From Deltaproteobacteria bacterium (GTDB lineage: Bacteria; SAR324; NAC60-12): a DNA stretch of 64,000 bases. The notes under the pieces were generated by a model. It was not told the DNA's origin and made no database searches. It worked only from the letters and a program-made list of their open reading frames with translations. Position 1 is the first letter of the stretch. Each line of letters begins with the position of its first letter. The position numbers and the translations under genes are program-made. The DNA lies in the NCBI GenBank assembly GCA_038150265.1, contig JAYOTF010000004.1:70760-134759 (forward strand). Reading direction: 5' to 3'. Below are positions 19,927-29,353 of this stretch, one piece after another.

Positions 19927-21120
19927 GTGATGCCCCAGAACCCAACTCTTCCTGACAATCCCAGACCCGGCGAGCCCCTCATGTCCCTGAATGATATTCG
20001 TGTCCGTGACCTCCCGATTTATCAGGAGCCACTCCAGGTGCTGGAGATCCTGAAGCGTCAATTTCAGCGTCCGCAATCCCAAATGCGAGCGGCCAAGAAA
20101 AATGCCATTGTCAGTGGCGCGCTCAAGGGAGTGGGCCAGGCCATCAAGTCTCGCAAGCTCCCGCCGGCACGAGACCTCGATGCGGCAGGAACCCGACTCG
20201 CTCAGGCGCTGGGAGGCGACGCGCTGCAACTGGCCTCGGCCCTGCAAAACGATCCCTGGGACCTCAATGCCCGGACCCAGCTCATCCTCCAGTTTTCCTC
20301 CAGCCCCTTGAAGAGCAACCTGGCGGCGCTGACAGACGCCCTGCTGCTGGCTCACGCCAACAACCTGGATCCGGTTCAGCTCAAGCAGTCCTCCCTCTAC
20401 CTCGCCAGCCACCTGCAGTCGCTGCTGCTGGTCACGCTGCACGATGCCCTCCGGGAAGATGAGGCGCGTCTGGCGGAAGAGGAATCGACGGATGAACGCA
20501 CCCAAAAGCAGCTCAAGGAACTCCGGAACAGCCGCTCCTACGTGGGGGAACTCGCCAAACTCCTCAAGGCCAAGGGGGGAAATGGACCGCTGGCCTTCAA
20601 GTACAAGGAAGTCGCCCTCGGCGGCAAACCCACGCCCAAGCAGCAGCAGGACCTCAATACGCTGCTCCGCCTGCTCGTCGGACTGCCCCTGCTGCGTGAT
20701 CAGCAAGGCACCTTGCTTGAAGCCCTCCGGAAAGCCGACCCCAATTCCCTGCTCCTCAATTTCTATGAGGCCGAGTCCCGGCGCATGGAGGTGTTCACCC
20801 TCCAGCTGCAGAACCGCTTTCTGAAAAAACCGGAGCTGACCCAAAAGACTTCGCAGTTGCTCCAGGAGGCCCTGCTCTTTGCGCAGAAAAACGTCGACAA
20901 CCTCGGCGTCAACCCGCAGCCTGGATTCGAAACCAACTGCCTGCTGCAACTCGCAACCCTCTGTTCGCAGGCCATTGTGCAGGTTCGACGCAGCCGCGAG
21001 TCCGTCTCCGACAGCCTCGCCACCCTCAGCAACCGAACCCTCGAGACCCTCCGCAAGCGCTCAGACGACCCCAAGGTCGCCAAGGCCATCAACCAGTTGG
21101 TCCGGGCCACCGAGCTCTGA
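19927..21120 (+). CDS. Hypothetical alpha-helical protein (start uncertain, 19930 or 19981)
   Basis: Long ORF with genome-typical GC3 codon usage; Leu/Gln/Lys-rich; no recognised motif. Confidence 0.7.
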   Translation: MMPQNPTLPDNPRPGEPLMSLNDIRVRDLPIYQEPLQVLEILKRQFQRPQSQMRAAKKNAIVSGALKGVGQAIKSRKLPPARDLDAAGTRLAQALGGDALQLASALQNDPWDLNARTQLILQFSSSPLKSNLAALTDALLLAHANNLDPVQLKQSSLYLASHLQSLLLVTLHDALREDEARLAEEESTDERTQKQLKELRNSRSYVGELAKLLKAKGGNGPLAFKYKEVALGGKPTPKQQQDLNTLLRLLVGLPLLRDQQGTLLEALRKADPNSLLLNFYEAESRRMEVFTLQLQNRFLKKPELTQKTSQLLQEALLFAQKNVDNLGVNPQPGFETNCLLQLATLCSQAIVQVRRSRESVSDSLATLSNRTLETLRKRSDDPKVAKAINQLVRATEL

Positions 21121-21160
21121 CCTCCTGACTCGGCTGAGCCCGCTGCGGGGCTTTGCGCCC

Positions 21161-21182
21161 AAAATGACTGACTAGTCATTTT
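21161..21182. promoter_or_regulatory. Palindromic operator, probably bound by the adjacent TetR
   Basis: AAAATGACT-gact-AGTCATTTT is a perfect 9-bp inverted repeat just before a TTGACG (-35-like) hexamer, about 70 nt upstream of tetR. Confidence 0.65.
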
Positions 21183-21250
21183 TTATTGACGCAGAAGCAT
21201 GGGGTTGCTTTACTGCTGACACAGCCGATTTTCTGTCTCTTGATCGTAAG

Positions 21251-21814
21251 ATGAGTTCCGTTTCCAAACGTGATGCCCTGTTAGACACCGCCGAGGCCCT
21301 GTTTGTACGCGACGGCTTCTGGGGAACCACCACCGCCAGCATTGCTCGTGAAGCTGGGGTGGCCACCGGAACGCTGTTTACCTACTTTTCCTCGAAAGAC
21401 GAGTTGATTGACGAGGTGTACATGCGCATCAAGGCGACGGCCTTTGCCTCCACCAGTCCCGCGTTGGAGCCGGCTCCGCTTTCAGAAGACGGGTTTCGCC
21501 TCATCATGGAAAAGTACATCCGCTGGGGGTGTGCCCACCCTCAGCAGTACCGGCTGTTGCTGCAGCTTCGGCAGGAAAACGTGATCAGCCAGCGCGTTCA
21601 GGAGCAGGTGGAAGAAGGCGGCCTGAGCCTGTTGCAGCAGGGCATTGAGAGGGGCCTGATCGAATCCCTCGACCCGTCCTTTCTCTACAGCATGGTGGCG
21701 GCTCAATGCGAGGCGGCCATTCAGTATGCTCTGGATCACCAGCTGGATGCTCCGGAAGTCGAAGCATTTGCGCGGCAGACATCTTCCCTCATCTGGAAAT
21801 TCTTGACCCCTTGA
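21251..21814 (+). CDS. TetR/AcrR family transcriptional regulator
   Basis: N-terminal [43 protein letters not shown]. Confidence 0.93.
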   Translation: MSSVSKRDALLDTAEALFVRDGFWGTTTASIAREAGVATGTLFTYFSSKDELIDEVYMRIKATAFASTSPALEPAPLSEDGFRLIMEKYIRWGCAHPQQYRLLLQLRQENVISQRVQEQVEEGGLSLLQQGIERGLIESLDPSFLYSMVAAQCEAAIQYALDHQLDAPEVEAFARQTSSLIWKFLTP

Positions 21815-21845
21815 TGGTCCCTCACTCCCTTCCCTCAGGAGCCTC

Positions 21846-22301
21846 ATGAAACAGCTCACCATCAACAACCAGGTCGTCACGGTCGACGTGGACGATGACA
21901 CGCCCCTTCTGTGGGTCCTCCGCGACGAAGTGGGCCTCACCGGAACCAAGTTTGGATGCGGAATTGCGCAGTGTGGCGCCTGCACGGTCCACATCGATGG
22001 CGTCCCGGTCCGCTCCTGCAGCTACCCGGTCAACTCGGTTCCGGAATCGGCTCAGATCACCACCATTGAAGGAATCGGCGCCAACGGACTTCATGCGGTG
22101 CAGCAGGCGTGGCTCGAGGAACAGGTGCCGCAGTGCGGCTACTGCCAGTCCGGACAGATCATGGCGGCCACAGCGTTGCTGGCCACCAACCGTGCTCCCA
22201 GCGACGCGGAAATTGATGCTGCCATGACCAACATCTGCCGCTGTGGCACCTATCCCCGCATCCGCAAGGCGATCCGCCGCGCTGCTGAACTGATGGCCTA
22301 A
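21846..22301 (+). CDS. (2Fe-2S)-binding subunit, IorA-like
   Basis: [33 protein letters not shown]. Confidence 0.93.
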   Translation: MKQLTINNQVVTVDVDDDTPLLWVLRDEVGLTGTKFGCGIAQCGACTVHIDGVPVRSCSYPVNSVPESAQITTIEGIGANGLHAVQQAWLEEQVPQCGYCQSGQIMAATALLATNRAPSDAEIDAAMTNICRCGTYPRIRKAIRRAAELMA

Positions 22302-22311
22302 GGAGTCGACC

Positions 22312-24444
22312 ATGCCAATCACTCGTCGCAAGTTTCTCTATTCGTCTGTTCTCACCGGACTCGCCGGCAGTGGCCTGCTGCTGGGCTGCTCCTCCACCTC
22401 CAAGCAGATCCTCAGTGTTCCGGAACCTGCTGACACGGCCCTTGGGCTCTGGATCCGGATCGGATCGGATGGCACCATCACCCTGGTGATTCCGGCGGCC
22501 GAAATGGGACAGGGCGTCACCACCTCCCTTTCCACCATTGTTGCCGAAGAACTGGAGGTCGATTACGAGTCGATTCAAACCGTTCTGGCTCCGGCGAATG
22601 AGGAGTACAACAACCCGGAAATGGGCATGCAGGGAACCGGAGGCAGCAACTCGGTGATCGCCTGGTGGGAGCCCCTCCGCAAGCTGGGGGCCTCTGCCCG
22701 GGTGATGCTGGTGCAAGCAGCGGCGAATCGCTGGCAGGTTCCCGCTGAGGAATGCACGGTTGAAGACGGAGTGGTCCTTCACCAGGCCTCTGGACGCAGC
22801 GCCCGCTACGAGGAGTTGACGGTTGAGGCGGCCCGGCTGGACATTCCGTCGGATCCGCCCCTCAAGGACCCCAAGCGTTACCGGTACGTCGGCAAGTCCG
22901 TGCCCCGCAAAGACGGCCTCGAGAAGGTCACCGGAACCGCTGAGTTCGGCATTGATGTCCAGGTCCCCGGCATGCTCTACGCGGCCATTCGACAGTCTCC
23001 GGTTTTTGGTGGAACGGTGGCGTCCTTCGATGAGGCCTCCGCCAGGCAGGTCAAGGGCGTGGTGGCCGTGGTTCCGGTTCCGAATGGGGTGGCGGTGGTC
23101 GCCGACCGGTTCTGGAGCGCCAAGAAGGGGGCCGATGCGCTCAAGGTGAGTTTTTCCGGTGGAACTTCGGTGGGGGCCTCCAATGCGTCCATCTTGCAGA
23201 GCTACCGCCAGGCGCTCGAGGAATCAGGCAAGGCGGAGCTGACGGGCTCCCGGGGGCTTGATGTCGAATACGAGCTGCCCTTCCTGGCGCATGCCACGAT
23301 GGAGCCGATGAACTGCACCGCTGACGTTCAGCCCGACCGTTGCACCGTCTGGGCCCCCACCCAGTTTCCCGGAGTCGCCCGGACCCGAGCCGCCGAATTG
23401 ACGGGGCTCGAAGAGGAGCAGGTCACCCTCAACTGCACCTACCTCGGTGGCGGATTTGGTCGCCGGGCAGAAGTCGACTTTGTTGCCCAGGCCGTCTTGA
23501 TCTCAAAGGCCGTGGGGAAGCCCGTCAAGCTGGTCTGGACGCGTGAGGAAGACACCCAGCACGACTTCTACCGTCCCGCCTACCTGAGCCGCGTTCAGGT
23601 TCAGCTCAATGAGCAAGGGGCTCCGGAAAGCTGGGACCACCAGTTGGCCGGACCGTCCATCCTCTCGCAGATCACGAGTCGGCTCATGGGCCTCGAGTTT
23701 GCGGGCACCGTCATGAACTGGCTGGACTGGGACATGACCTCCACCGAGGGAGCGGGGAAGATTCCCTACGCCGTGGGTTCGCACAACGTTGACTACACCA
23801 TTGTTGATCCGGGAGTGCCCGTCGGGTTCTGGCGTTCGGTGGGCAGCTCGCACAACGCCTTCACCGTGGAGTCCGTGGTCGATGAAGCGGCCCACCTGGC
23901 GGGGAGGGATCCGCTGGAGTACCGCAAGGCGCTGCTTCAGGAACACCCCCGCTACGTGGCGCTTCTGGACCAGCTTGCCCGGGATTCCGGATGGGGCACC
24001 CCGTTGCCGGCAGGCCACGCCCGTGGGGTCGCCATCCATGAGTCGTTCAAGAGCATCGTTGGCGAAGTCGCCGAGGTTTCGGTGGAGAACGGTCAGCTCC
24101 GCGTCCACCGCGTTTATGCCACCATTGACTGCGGACGGCACATCAACCCGGACATCATCACGGCACAGGTGCAGGGCGCCATTTGCTTTGGGCTCTCGGC
24201 CATGCTGAAGGAGCAGATCACCCTGAAGGACGGGGCGGTGGTCAACAGCAACTTCCACGACTACCCCCTTCTGCGTCTGGCAGAAGCTCCGGACGTGTCG
24301 GTGAGCATCATGCAGAACAACGAGGCTCCCGGCGGCGTTGGGGAACCCGGGGTGCCGCCCCTGGCTCCGGCGGTCTGCAACGCCATCTTTGCTGCCACCG
24401 GAAAGCGCATCCGCAAGCTCCCGCTGGCTGATCAACTCACGTAA
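22312..24444 (+). CDS. Molybdopterin-binding subunit, IorB-like (xanthine dehydrogenase family), with Tat signal
   Basis: TRRKFL Tat motif, EMGQG, AHATMEPMN, GGGFGRR, WTREED, GFWRSVG, GGVGEPGVPP. Confidence 0.92.
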   Translation: MPITRRKFLYSSVLTGLAGSGLLLGCSSTSKQILSVPEPADTALGLWIRIGSDGTITLVIPAAEMGQGVTTSLSTIVAEELEVDYESIQTVLAPANEEYNNPEMGMQGTGGSNSVIAWWEPLRKLGASARVMLVQAAANRWQVPAEECTVEDGVVLHQASGRSARYEELTVEAARLDIPSDPPLKDPKRYRYVGKSVPRKDGLEKVTGTAEFGIDVQVPGMLYAAIRQSPVFGGTVASFDEASARQVKGVVAVVPVPNGVAVVADRFWSAKKGADALKVSFSGGTSVGASNASILQSYRQALEESGKAELTGSRGLDVEYELPFLAHATMEPMNCTADVQPDRCTVWAPTQFPGVARTRAAELTGLEEEQVTLNCTYLGGGFGRRAEVDFVAQAVLISKAVGKPVKLVWTREEDTQHDFYRPAYLSRVQVQLNEQGAPESWDHQLAGPSILSQITSRLMGLEFAGTVMNWLDWDMTSTEGAGKIPYAVGSHNVDYTIVDPGVPVGFWRSVGSSHNAFTVESVVDEAAHLAGRDPLEYRKALLQEHPRYVALLDQLARDSGWGTPLPAGHARGVAIHESFKSIVGEVAEVSVENGQLRVHRVYATIDCGRHINPDIITAQVQGAICFGLSAMLKEQITLKDGAVVNSNFHDYPLLRLAEAPDVSVSIMQNNEAPGGVGEPGVPPLAPAVCNAIFAATGKRIRKLPLADQLT

Positions 24445-24457
24445 TCCGTCCCTTCCG

Positions 24458-24491
24458 GGTCCTGCAGGCGCCTCCCGGAACCTGCGGGACC
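24458..24491 (+). terminator. Stem-loop after iorB-like gene
   Basis: GGTCCTGCAGG-N12-CCTGCGGGACC forms an 11-bp stem; weak U-tract. Confidence 0.4.
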
Positions 24492-24552
24492 TGATCCTCT
24501 CGTTTTGTGTCCGCAAGGCCTTGCCCCTCGCGTGGAATTCCCCATCAGGTTT

Positions 24553-25671
24553 ATGCCCCTCAACCGTTCCTTCTTGCTGGTCGTGCTCGTGAGCCTCTTC
24601 AGCCTTTCCTTGATGTCCTGCTCCACGTGGCGTGAGCTGGGGGAGAAACCCAGCGGTCCGGAGTTGGCACAACTCGCCCAATCTCCTCAATTTGACGCCG
24701 AGCGGCAGCATTTTGAAAATCGGCAGCCGGGGCTGCTGCAACAGATGAACGAGCGCATCACGCTCAAGTCCATCTGGGAGTTTTTCTTCTCCGGAGTCCC
24801 CGACCAAACTCCCCGGACCCCGCTTCCGGAGCGCCAGCCGGTTCAGCTCGACGCGTTCCTGGCGCCCAGCCCAGCAGTGAAGTTCATCTGGCTCGGACAC
24901 TCCACGCTGCTCCTCAATTTGTCCGGAACCATTGTCCTCATTGACCCGGTTTTTTCCAGGGCTGCGTCTCCGGTCAAGTGGGTCACCCAGCGGTTTCAGC
25001 CTCCGATTCTGCCGCTTGAGGCCCTTCCGGAGGTGGATGTCATCCTCATCTCTCATGACCACTACGATCACCTGGACATGGAGACGATCGAGTTCTTCCG
25101 AGACAAAACGGCTCGGTTCTTTGTGCCTCTCGGGATCTCCTCACACCTGCGCTACTGGGGCATTGATGCCTCCCGGATCACCGAGCTTGACTGGTGGGAG
25201 CAGGCGCAGTTTGAAAACCTGACCCTCACCTGCACACCGGCCCAGCACTTTTCTGGAAGAACCGGCCAGAGCATGGTCACGCTCTGGAGTTCGTGGGTCG
25301 TGGAGCAGGGAGCGAGCAGGGTCTTCTTCAGTGGTGATTCCGGATACGACCGCCACTACCAGCAAATCGGAGAACGCTTTGGTCGCTTCGACATCGCTTT
25401 CCTCGACAGCGGACAGTACCACCCCAACTGGCGGGAGGTCCACAACCTTCCGGAAGAGGCGGTTCAGGCGGCCATCGACCTCAAGGCCGACAGGATGATG
25501 CCGATTCACTGGGGGATGTTTCGACTGGCGCTGCATGAGTGGTATGCCCCGCCACAGGAGTCCCGACAGGCTGCTCTCGAAAAGGGCATGCCGCAGATCA
25601 TTCCGCAGCTGGGAGAGGTGGTGGACCTGAGCCAGCCACCGGCTGTGGAACCCTGGTGGCTCACCCGTTAA
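24553..25671 (+). CDS. MBL-fold metallo-hydrolase (RomA/NAPE-PLD-like), probable lipoprotein
   Basis: WLGHST, SHDHYDHLD, PAQHFSGR, FSGDSGY, PIHWG; lipobox LMSC. Confidence 0.88.
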   Translation: MPLNRSFLLVVLVSLFSLSLMSCSTWRELGEKPSGPELAQLAQSPQFDAERQHFENRQPGLLQQMNERITLKSIWEFFFSGVPDQTPRTPLPERQPVQLDAFLAPSPAVKFIWLGHSTLLLNLSGTIVLIDPVFSRAASPVKWVTQRFQPPILPLEALPEVDVILISHDHYDHLDMETIEFFRDKTARFFVPLGISSHLRYWGIDASRITELDWWEQAQFENLTLTCTPAQHFSGRTGQSMVTLWSSWVVEQGASRVFFSGDSGYDRHYQQIGERFGRFDIAFLDSGQYHPNWREVHNLPEEAVQAAIDLKADRMMPIHWGMFRLALHEWYAPPQESRQAALEKGMPQIIPQLGEVVDLSQPPAVEPWWLTR

Positions 25672-25712
25672 CCACTGAGGGTTGGGGCCCGGGTCTGGGA
25701 ACTACAGGAGTG

Positions 25713-25727
25713 TGGTACGCAACTTGC
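25713..25727 (+). promoter_or_regulatory. Putative sigma-54 (-24/-12) promoter
   Basis: TGGTACG-CAAC-TTGC against the consensus TGGCACG-N4-TTGC: one mismatch, correct GG-N10-GC spacing, intergenic and upstream of ORF 25845. Confidence 0.55.
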
Positions 25728-25844
25728 GAAATGGTTTCCTTCCAGGACGGAGGCCACCCTCAGCTGGTCAGCAGCTGACGTGCTTCATGGATGAACCCTG
25801 AGTGACCCATCAGTCTGGCAACAGGCTGACCATGAAACCCCTTT

Positions 25845-26165
25845 ATGGACTCCATCAGAGAAACCCGAGTCTTGCGTGAAAACACGCTGGTCCTTTCGGT
25901 TCCGGAAGAATTTCTGCTGGCTGAAGTGGAAATCATCATCCAGAAACTGTCCCGTGGCGCTGAGACTCAATCCGAACGGGACTCCTACTCCAAACTCCTG
26001 GCGCGCCTGCATCGGCGCAAGGCCTACGGCACTCTCCACCCGCGGGTGAAGCTCGATGGAATGAGCCTGATCCTGCTGGAGAAGGACTTCTTCTCCGACA
26101 TCCCGGAAGGAGTGCAAGAAGCGGTTGAGGAACAAGTCAGCCGCCGAGCCGTGGCTCCCAGTTAG
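25845..26165 (+). CDS. Hypothetical protein (106 aa)
   Basis: ORF fills the gap between the MBL gene and the convergent epimerase gene; plausible codon usage. Confidence 0.6.
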   Translation: MDSIRETRVLRENTLVLSVPEEFLLAEVEIIIQKLSRGAETQSERDSYSKLLARLHRRKAYGTLHPRVKLDGMSLILLEKDFFSDIPEGVQEAVEEQVSRRAVAPS

Positions 26166-27223
26166 GAGAAGGTCACCCCCAGCCCAGGTTGCTCCAGGGG
26201 GCGGAGGATTCCGTCCTCAAGGAGGTACCCTCCCTGGGCCGGATCTCGGGTTAGGTCGAGGTCCCCATCCAGGTCCAGGTACCGCGTGTTCGGACACGCC
26301 AACGCCTGATGCAGCGCCGCAGCCAGGCTGGTTCGGCTTTCGTCATTGCACCCCCACATCAGATCAATCCCTGACACGGCCGCCAGGTGCGCAATGCGCC
26401 GGGCTGGCTCCAGGCCCCCGCACTTCATCAGCTTGATGTTGAAGGTGCCACAGTAGGGCTCCGGATACCCGTAACGCAGCGCGTCGGCCTCGGACTTCAG
26501 GCTTTCGTCAAGGGCAAGGTGCTGCCGCTGCTCCGGAGTCAGCTCCCGGAGGGCTTCGGTATCAGACACCTTCAGGGGCTGCTCCACAAACTCCAACCGC
26601 AACGCCTCCCGCTGGTCCAGCAGCTTCCGGAGTTCAGCCAAGCCGTAGCCCTGGTTGGGATCCACCCGCAGGACGGTGTCTGCCGGCAGATCCTCCCGGA
26701 GCTTCGCCAGCCGTTCCAGGTCTTCTTCCAGGCTCTTCCCCAACTTGACCTTGAGCACCGAAAATCCCTGGGCGCGTTTTTCGGCCGCTTCCTTCAGGGT
26801 CTCGTCCAGAGTCCGAAGCCCCAGGGTGTTCGAGGTGGGCAGAGCCTGATGCGCGCGCCCCAGCATTTCAACCAGGGGGACGTCCAGCCGCCGGGCCAGG
26901 AGGTCGTGAAGGGCCATGTCCGCGGCTGCCAGGGCTGCGGGATTGGCCTGAAGCTGCTCCTGAAGCGGGCGGAGCAGGCGGGGGAGGTGCCGGATGTCTT
27001 CGCCCTCCAGGGCCTGAAGCTGCTCCAGGGCTGCCGCACAGGACGCATCGGTCTCGCCCGTGACGTGCTCTCCGGGAGACGCCGAGCCGCAGCCCAGGAC
27101 GTGCCCCTCGGCCTCCAGCTCCAGGAAGTGCAGCGTGACGTCCTCGCTGGTGTTGTAGGAAATGCTAAAGGGCTGGGTCAACCGGATGGTCTCTTGCCAC
27201 ACGCGAACACGCTTCAGCTTCAT
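26162..27223 (-). CDS. Enolase-superfamily dipeptide epimerase / N-acyl amino acid racemase (DgcA-like)
   Basis: KVKLG, RVDPNQG, EQP, LDES, NIKLMKCGGL, MWGCNDES, DLDG. Confidence 0.88.
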   Translation of the reverse strand: MKLKRVRVWQETIRLTQPFSISYNTSEDVTLHFLELEAEGHVLGCGSASPGEHVTGETDASCAAALEQLQALEGEDIRHLPRLLRPLQEQLQANPAALAAADMALHDLLARRLDVPLVEMLGRAHQALPTSNTLGLRTLDETLKEAAEKRAQGFSVLKVKLGKSLEEDLERLAKLREDLPADTVLRVDPNQGYGLAELRKLLDQREALRLEFVEQPLKVSDTEALRELTPEQRQHLALDESLKSEADALRYGYPEPYCGTFNIKLMKCGGLEPARRIAHLAAVSGIDLMWGCNDESRTSLAAALHQALACPNTRYLDLDGDLDLTRDPAQGGYLLEDGILRPLEQPGLGVTFS

Positions 27224-28287
27224 CGGGTCTGCTCCTCTTGAATGAAGGTTTGGATGAGCGGAATCAGGGCCTCAACCCCGTGTTCCTTGGGCAGCATCAC
27301 CGGCACGCCCAGGCGCTCCTCATGTTCCCCCCGCAGGCCTTCCGCTTCCTTCGGGTTGAGGCACTCCGTGCTGAGCGTCACCGCCAGGGTCCGGGAGCCG
27401 TACAGGCGAATCAGCTCCAGGTCGTCCTTGACGTCCGGAATCGGCAGCTCCGCGGCCTGAGCCCGGAAGACGGTCCGCCCCGGCGCATGCTGCAGAATCA
27501 CCCCCCGGGCCATCGCCGAGCACAGGTACTCCGAGCCGCAGGGGCCTGACGGGTTGCGCAGCGACGACTGGCCTTCAAGCAGAATCAGGTCCGGACTCCG
27601 CTCCCGGTCGCACTGCACCACGGCATGCTCCAACTCGCCGGAGACAAAATCATTCGGAGTTGAATCGAAGATGAAGCCGTAGTCGTGTCCGGACTGCATC
27701 CACCCGGTTTGCCCCGTGAAGATCATCTCCGTCCGGATGCCTGCCGCATTGCAGGCTTCCCAGAGCCAGCGGGTGGTGGTGCGCTTCCCAACGGCACAGT
27801 CGGTTCCCAAAATGGCCAGACGCGGCGCCTTGACCTGTGTGATCTCTCCGGTCCAGAAGTGGAGGTCCATCTTGGAGCGAGGCTTGCGGATGTCGAGCAG
27901 CGTCACCTGCTTGCGGGCGGCAGCTTCCACGAGGTGCGGCTTGTCCGAGAGGAACTCGTGCAGGCCGTTCACCACTCCCAGCCCCTGTTCAATGGCCTCT
28001 TCAATGACACTGAGCAGCTCCGGAAGCAGCTTGCCGCCTGACGTCGTGATGCCCACAATCGCCACCTCCGGCGGCGCTGCAGACTGCTGACAGGCCTCGG
28101 CCACGGACGCAAACACCGGAATGCCGCGCGGGGTTCCATCGACCACCGTGCCTGCGTCTTCTCCCGCCTGATCGGGATCCACCACCCCGACAATCCGGAA
28201 ACGATCACTGCCCCGGACCAGACCAAAAGCGGTTTTGGCACGATCAAAGTTAAAGGTCTGGGGAGCCAGCACCAACGCATTTTGCAT
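27220..28287 (-). CDS. DUF1611 family protein (DgcN-like N-acetyltransferase)
   Basis: KTAFGLVR, GLHEFL, GTDCAVGKRTT, TGQTG, DFVSGELE, EGQSSL. Confidence 0.88.
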   Translation of the reverse strand: MQNALVLAPQTFNFDRAKTAFGLVRGSDRFRIVGVVDPDQAGEDAGTVVDGTPRGIPVFASVAEACQQSAAPPEVAIVGITTSGGKLLPELLSVIEEAIEQGLGVVNGLHEFLSDKPHLVEAAARKQVTLLDIRKPRSKMDLHFWTGEITQVKAPRLAILGTDCAVGKRTTTRWLWEACNAAGIRTEMIFTGQTGWMQSGHDYGFIFDSTPNDFVSGELEHAVVQCDRERSPDLILLEGQSSLRNPSGPCGSEYLCSAMARGVILQHAPGRTVFRAQAAELPIPDVKDDLELIRLYGSRTLAVTLSTECLNPKEAEGLRGEHEERLGVPVMLPKEHGVEALIPLIQTFIQEEQTR

Positions 28288-28324
28288 GGAAAATCCTCTG
28301 TAAGACGGAAAAAGCGAAGGGCTC

Positions 28325-29347
28325 TCAGACGCCGGAGAACCCGTTAAGGAAGTGAATCAGGTTGGGGCCCAGGGCCTCTGACAGGTAGCCTCCTTCCTGA
28401 ACCAGCACCGTCGGGAGACGCAGTTGCCCCAGGCAGGCGCCCATCTGCTCGAACCCCGGAGTCGTCACCGCGAGCCCGGCCAGCGGGTCGCTTTCATGGG
28501 CGTCGAGCCCCAGCGCCACGACCAACGCATCGGGGGCAAAGGCCGCCACCCGCGCCAGAGCCTTGTCAAGGGCCTTCAGGTAGCCGGAATCCGCGGTGCC
28601 GCGTGGCAGGGGGACATTCAGGTTGAAGCCTTCTCCGGCACCTGTGCCACGCTCCTGAGCATGCCCCCAGTAAAAGGGATAAAACCGGGCCGGATCGGCG
28701 TGTAGCGAGACGGTGAGGACATCAGAGCGGTCGTAAAAGATGCTCTGAGTCCCGTTACCGTGGTGAAGGTCGACATCCACAATCGCCACCCGTCCCAGTT
28801 GGTTCCGGAGGAACTGAGCCGCAATGGCGGTGTTGTTGAGGTAACAGAATCCGCCCGCCATGTCGGCATGCGCGTGGTGTCCGGGAGGACGGCAGAGGGC
28901 ATACGCGGCCGCCTGGGTCTCCAGAACCTGTGCGGCCGCCGCCACGGCCGTGTTCGCACTCGCCTGCACCGAAGCCCAGGTGTGGGCGCCAATCGGGCAC
29001 GCCGTGTCAAAGAGGTGCCACCCCGCCTGCCCCACAGCAGAGTCCGGATAGCCCAGGCCCTGACGGTTCGGGTGGATGTTCGGGATGACCTCCGCCGATC
29101 CGGAGTCAATGTACTGCCAACGCCGGTAGATGTGTTCGAGGAACTGGAGGTACTCCGCTGTATGAACCGCCGCAACCGGGCCCCGGCCAAAGGCTTCAGG
29201 CGTCCGGACCTCATGACCGTTCGCCTGCAGCGCCTGATGCAGGGCGTTGGCACGAGCGGCGACTTCCGGATTGGGCTGCGGGGCGCCGCTGGAGAGGAAA
29301 AACTGAGGCTCATGCTGAAGCTGAGCGGCATCAAAGTACGCGATCAT
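28325..29347 (-). CDS. Histone-deacetylase-family amidohydrolase (acetylpolyamine amidohydrolase-like)
   Basis: RPPGHHA, GGFCYLNN, DVDLHHGNGTQ, GLDAHESDP, QEGGY. Confidence 0.92.
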   Translation of the reverse strand: MIAYFDAAQLQHEPQFFLSSGAPQPNPEVAARANALHQALQANGHEVRTPEAFGRGPVAAVHTAEYLQFLEHIYRRWQYIDSGSAEVIPNIHPNRQGLGYPDSAVGQAGWHLFDTACPIGAHTWASVQASANTAVAAAAQVLETQAAAYALCRPPGHHAHADMAGGFCYLNNTAIAAQFLRNQLGRVAIVDVDLHHGNGTQSIFYDRSDVLTVSLHADPARFYPFYWGHAQERGTGAGEGFNLNVPLPRGTADSGYLKALDKALARVAAFAPDALVVALGLDAHESDPLAGLAVTTPGFEQMGACLGQLRLPTVLVQEGGYLSEALGPNLIHFLNGFSGV

Positions 29348-29353
29348 GGTGTC

